A stretch of DNA of 16,069 nt, from NCBI GenBank assembly GCA_039586795.1, contig JBDHJS010000066.1:1-16069 (forward strand), written 5' to 3'. The DNA comes from Gemmatimonadota bacterium (GTDB lineage Bacteria > Gemmatimonadota > Gemmatimonadetes > Palauibacterales > KS3-K002). Shown here piece after piece: positions 14,904 to 16,069 of the stretch (position 1 is the stretch's first letter; each line of letters starts with the position of its first letter). The position numbers were made by a program, and so were the translations under genes. The notes beneath the pieces were generated by a model. It was not told the DNA's origin. It did not search any database and worked only from the letters and a program-made list of their open reading frames with translations.

Positions 14904-14914
14904 GATTCAGTACG

Positions 14915-15484
14915 TCAGTATCCCTTTAACTGCGTGTAGTCCAACTCGATCGTCGTCGACCGACCGAAGAGAGAGACCTGAACTTTTACCTTGCCCTTCT
15001 CCTGATCGATGTGCTCGACGGTACCCGTGAAATCGCTGAACGGCCCCTCCGATACTTCCACCGACTGACCCACGTAGAAGGGGATTCGCTGCTCCTCGTC
15101 GGGCACCTGTTCCGTCGCCGCCGTCTCGACGCCGAGGATCTTGTTCATCTCGTCTTCGCGAAGCGCCTGAGGCTCAACGCCGCCGCCAACGAACTTGATA
15201 ACGCCCTGGATATTGTTGATCTCGTGGAGAGTCCTCTCGTTGAGGACCATCTTCACCAGCACGTAGCCGGGGTACAGCCGCTTGCTCTTTGAGACCTTCT
15301 TACCGCCCTTCACCTCGACGACCTCGTGCGTGGGCACGAGCACCTCTTGGATCTGCTTCTCCTCGAGGCTCTCGCCTGGCTCTTCCTCGATCCGGCGAAG
15401 GATCAGAGTCCGAACCTTGTTCTCATGGCCCGCGTACGTCTGTATCGCGTACCACCGCGCCTCTTGATCGGTCGTCTGGTTCAT
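14915..15484 (-). CDS. nusG: Transcription termination/antitermination factor NusG
   Basis: 189 aa with NGN domain (WYAIQTYAGHENKV, YPGYVLVKM) and KOW domain (EGPFSDFTGTV, VSLFGRST). Confidence 0.98.
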   Translation of the reverse strand: MNQTTDQEARWYAIQTYAGHENKVRTLILRRIEEEPGESLEEKQIQEVLVPTHEVVEVKGGKKVSKSKRLYPGYVLVKMVLNERTLHEINNIQGVIKFVGGGVEPQALREDEMNKILGVETAATEQVPDEEQRIPFYVGQSVEVSEGPFSDFTGTVEHIDQEKGKVKVQVSLFGRSTTIELDYTQLKGY

Positions 15485-15488
15485 GACA

Positions 15489-15701
15489 TCAGCCGCCTAG
15501 CGTGCGGATGATAAAGTCCACTATCAAGCGGAAAACGAAGTCCATTGCGCCGATGATTCCGGCCACGATCAGCACGAATATGATGATGACACCTGTGGCA
15601 TTACGGAGCTGTTCCCAGTCCGGCCACGTCACCTTCTTCAACTCGACCGGGACTTCGGCCATGAACACGCGCAGCTTGCCTAAGTTCTCGACGATAGCCA
15701 C
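15489..15701 (-). CDS. secE: Preprotein translocase subunit SecE (single-TM type)
   Basis: 70 aa, GTG start, ELKKVTWP motif followed by one hydrophobic helix and the conserved D. AAGGAG lies within the end of rpmG. Directly upstream of nusG. Confidence 0.96.
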   Translation of the reverse strand: MAIVENLGKLRVFMAEVPVELKKVTWPDWEQLRNATGVIIIFVLIVAGIIGAMDFVFRLIVDFIIRTLGG

Positions 15702-15703
15702 GG

Positions 15704-15862
15704 CTACTTCGTCTCCTTGTGACTCGTGTGCTTACCGCAGCGACGGCAGAATTTCCGAAACTCGACTCGCTCCGGATGCGTCTGCCGGTTCTTGTTCGCC
15801 TGGTAGTTGCGCGACTCACACTGCGTGCACGCCAGGGTGATTTTGACTCGATTCGCTGCCAT
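15704..15862 (-). CDS. rpmG: 50S ribosomal protein L33, Zn-ribbon (C+) form
   Basis: 52 aa from ATG at 15862: [20 protein letters not shown]...[16 protein letters not shown], with AGGA 8 nt upstream. The ORF track's extra 21 N-terminal residues come from the repeat array. Confidence 0.96.
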   Translation of the reverse strand: MAANRVKITLACTQCESRNYQANKNRQTHPERVEFRKFCRRCGKHTSHKETK

Positions 15863-15873
15863 TCTCTTCGTCC

Positions 15874-15944
15874 TAGGTGGTAGGTGGTGGGTGGTAGGTG
15901 GTGGGTGGTACCACTGACCACCCACTTCCTACCACTTACCTCTA
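15874..15944. repeat. Inverted pair of tandem heptamer arrays, (TRGGTGG)x5 - TA - degenerate (CCACYYA-like)x4-5
   Basis: Plus strand reads TAGGTGG TAGGTGG TGGGTGG TAGGTGG TGGGTGG TA CCACTGA CCACCCA CTTCCTA CCACTTA CCTCTA, centred on GGTACC at 15907-15912. Confidence 0.92.
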
Positions 15945-15945
15945 C

Positions 15946-16069
15946 CTATTCAAGTACCTTCGTCACGACTCCGGCGCCCACCGTCCGGCCACCCTCGCGA
16001 ATGGCGAACCGCAGACCCTCTTCCATCGCGATCGGCGTGATCAGCGTGATCGTCATCGTCACGTTGTCT
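15946..16069 (-). CDS. tuf: Elongation factor Tu, 3' fragment (enters from the right edge; copy upstream of rpmG-secE)
   Basis: Manual translation gives [40 protein letters not shown], the EF-Tu C-terminus, with TAG at 15948-15946. Not in the ORF track. Confidence 0.98.
   Translation of the reverse strand, partial: DNVTMTITLITPIAMEEGLRFAIREGGRTVGAGVVTKVLE

Noticed and set aside
15863..15925. 21-aa His/Pro-rich N-terminal extension of L33 in the ORF track
   Set aside because: It is the translated heptamer array. ATG at 15862 has a properly spaced AGGA and gives a normal-length L33.
15874..15944. Heptamer array as CRISPR, tRNA remnant or intrinsic terminator
   Set aside because: Units are 7 nt with no unique spacers, there is no cloverleaf or T-loop motif, and no U tract follows the stem.
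15601..15945. Reading frame stays open for about 115 codons after the tuf amber stop (possible read-through or pyrrolysine extension)
   Set aside because: The EF-Tu C-terminus is complete and canonical. The extension is low-complexity repeat plus an off-frame reading of rpmG/secE, and there is no recoding evidence.

Overview
A GC-rich bacterial core-genome window read entirely on the minus strand. In transcription order it contains tuf (3' end) - rpmG - secE - nusG - rplK - rplA - rplJ - rplL - rpoB - rpoC - [terminator, tandem promoters] - rpsL - rpsG - fusA - tuf (5' end). This is the fused rif/beta plus str cluster bracketed by two EF-Tu genes. The enlarged RpoB, the very short rplA-rplJ spacer and the RpoC N-terminus resemble Gemmatimonadota or a related FCB-group lineage; this is inference from memory, not a search result. 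I found no accessory genes, tRNAs, IS elements or CRISPR arrays, and no complete novel gene system. The most unusual signals are: (i) an inverted array of heptamer repeats that fills the tuf-rpmG spacer and touches the rpmG ribosome-binding site; (ii) three colinear motifs shared by the two intergenic regions flanking rpoBC; (iii) two large RpoB insertions, one with apparently nested BBM2 modules and one of about 130 aa near the C-terminus; (iv) no room for the usual L10/L1 leaders or tRNA-Trp, but attenuator-like leaders before rpoB and rpsL.
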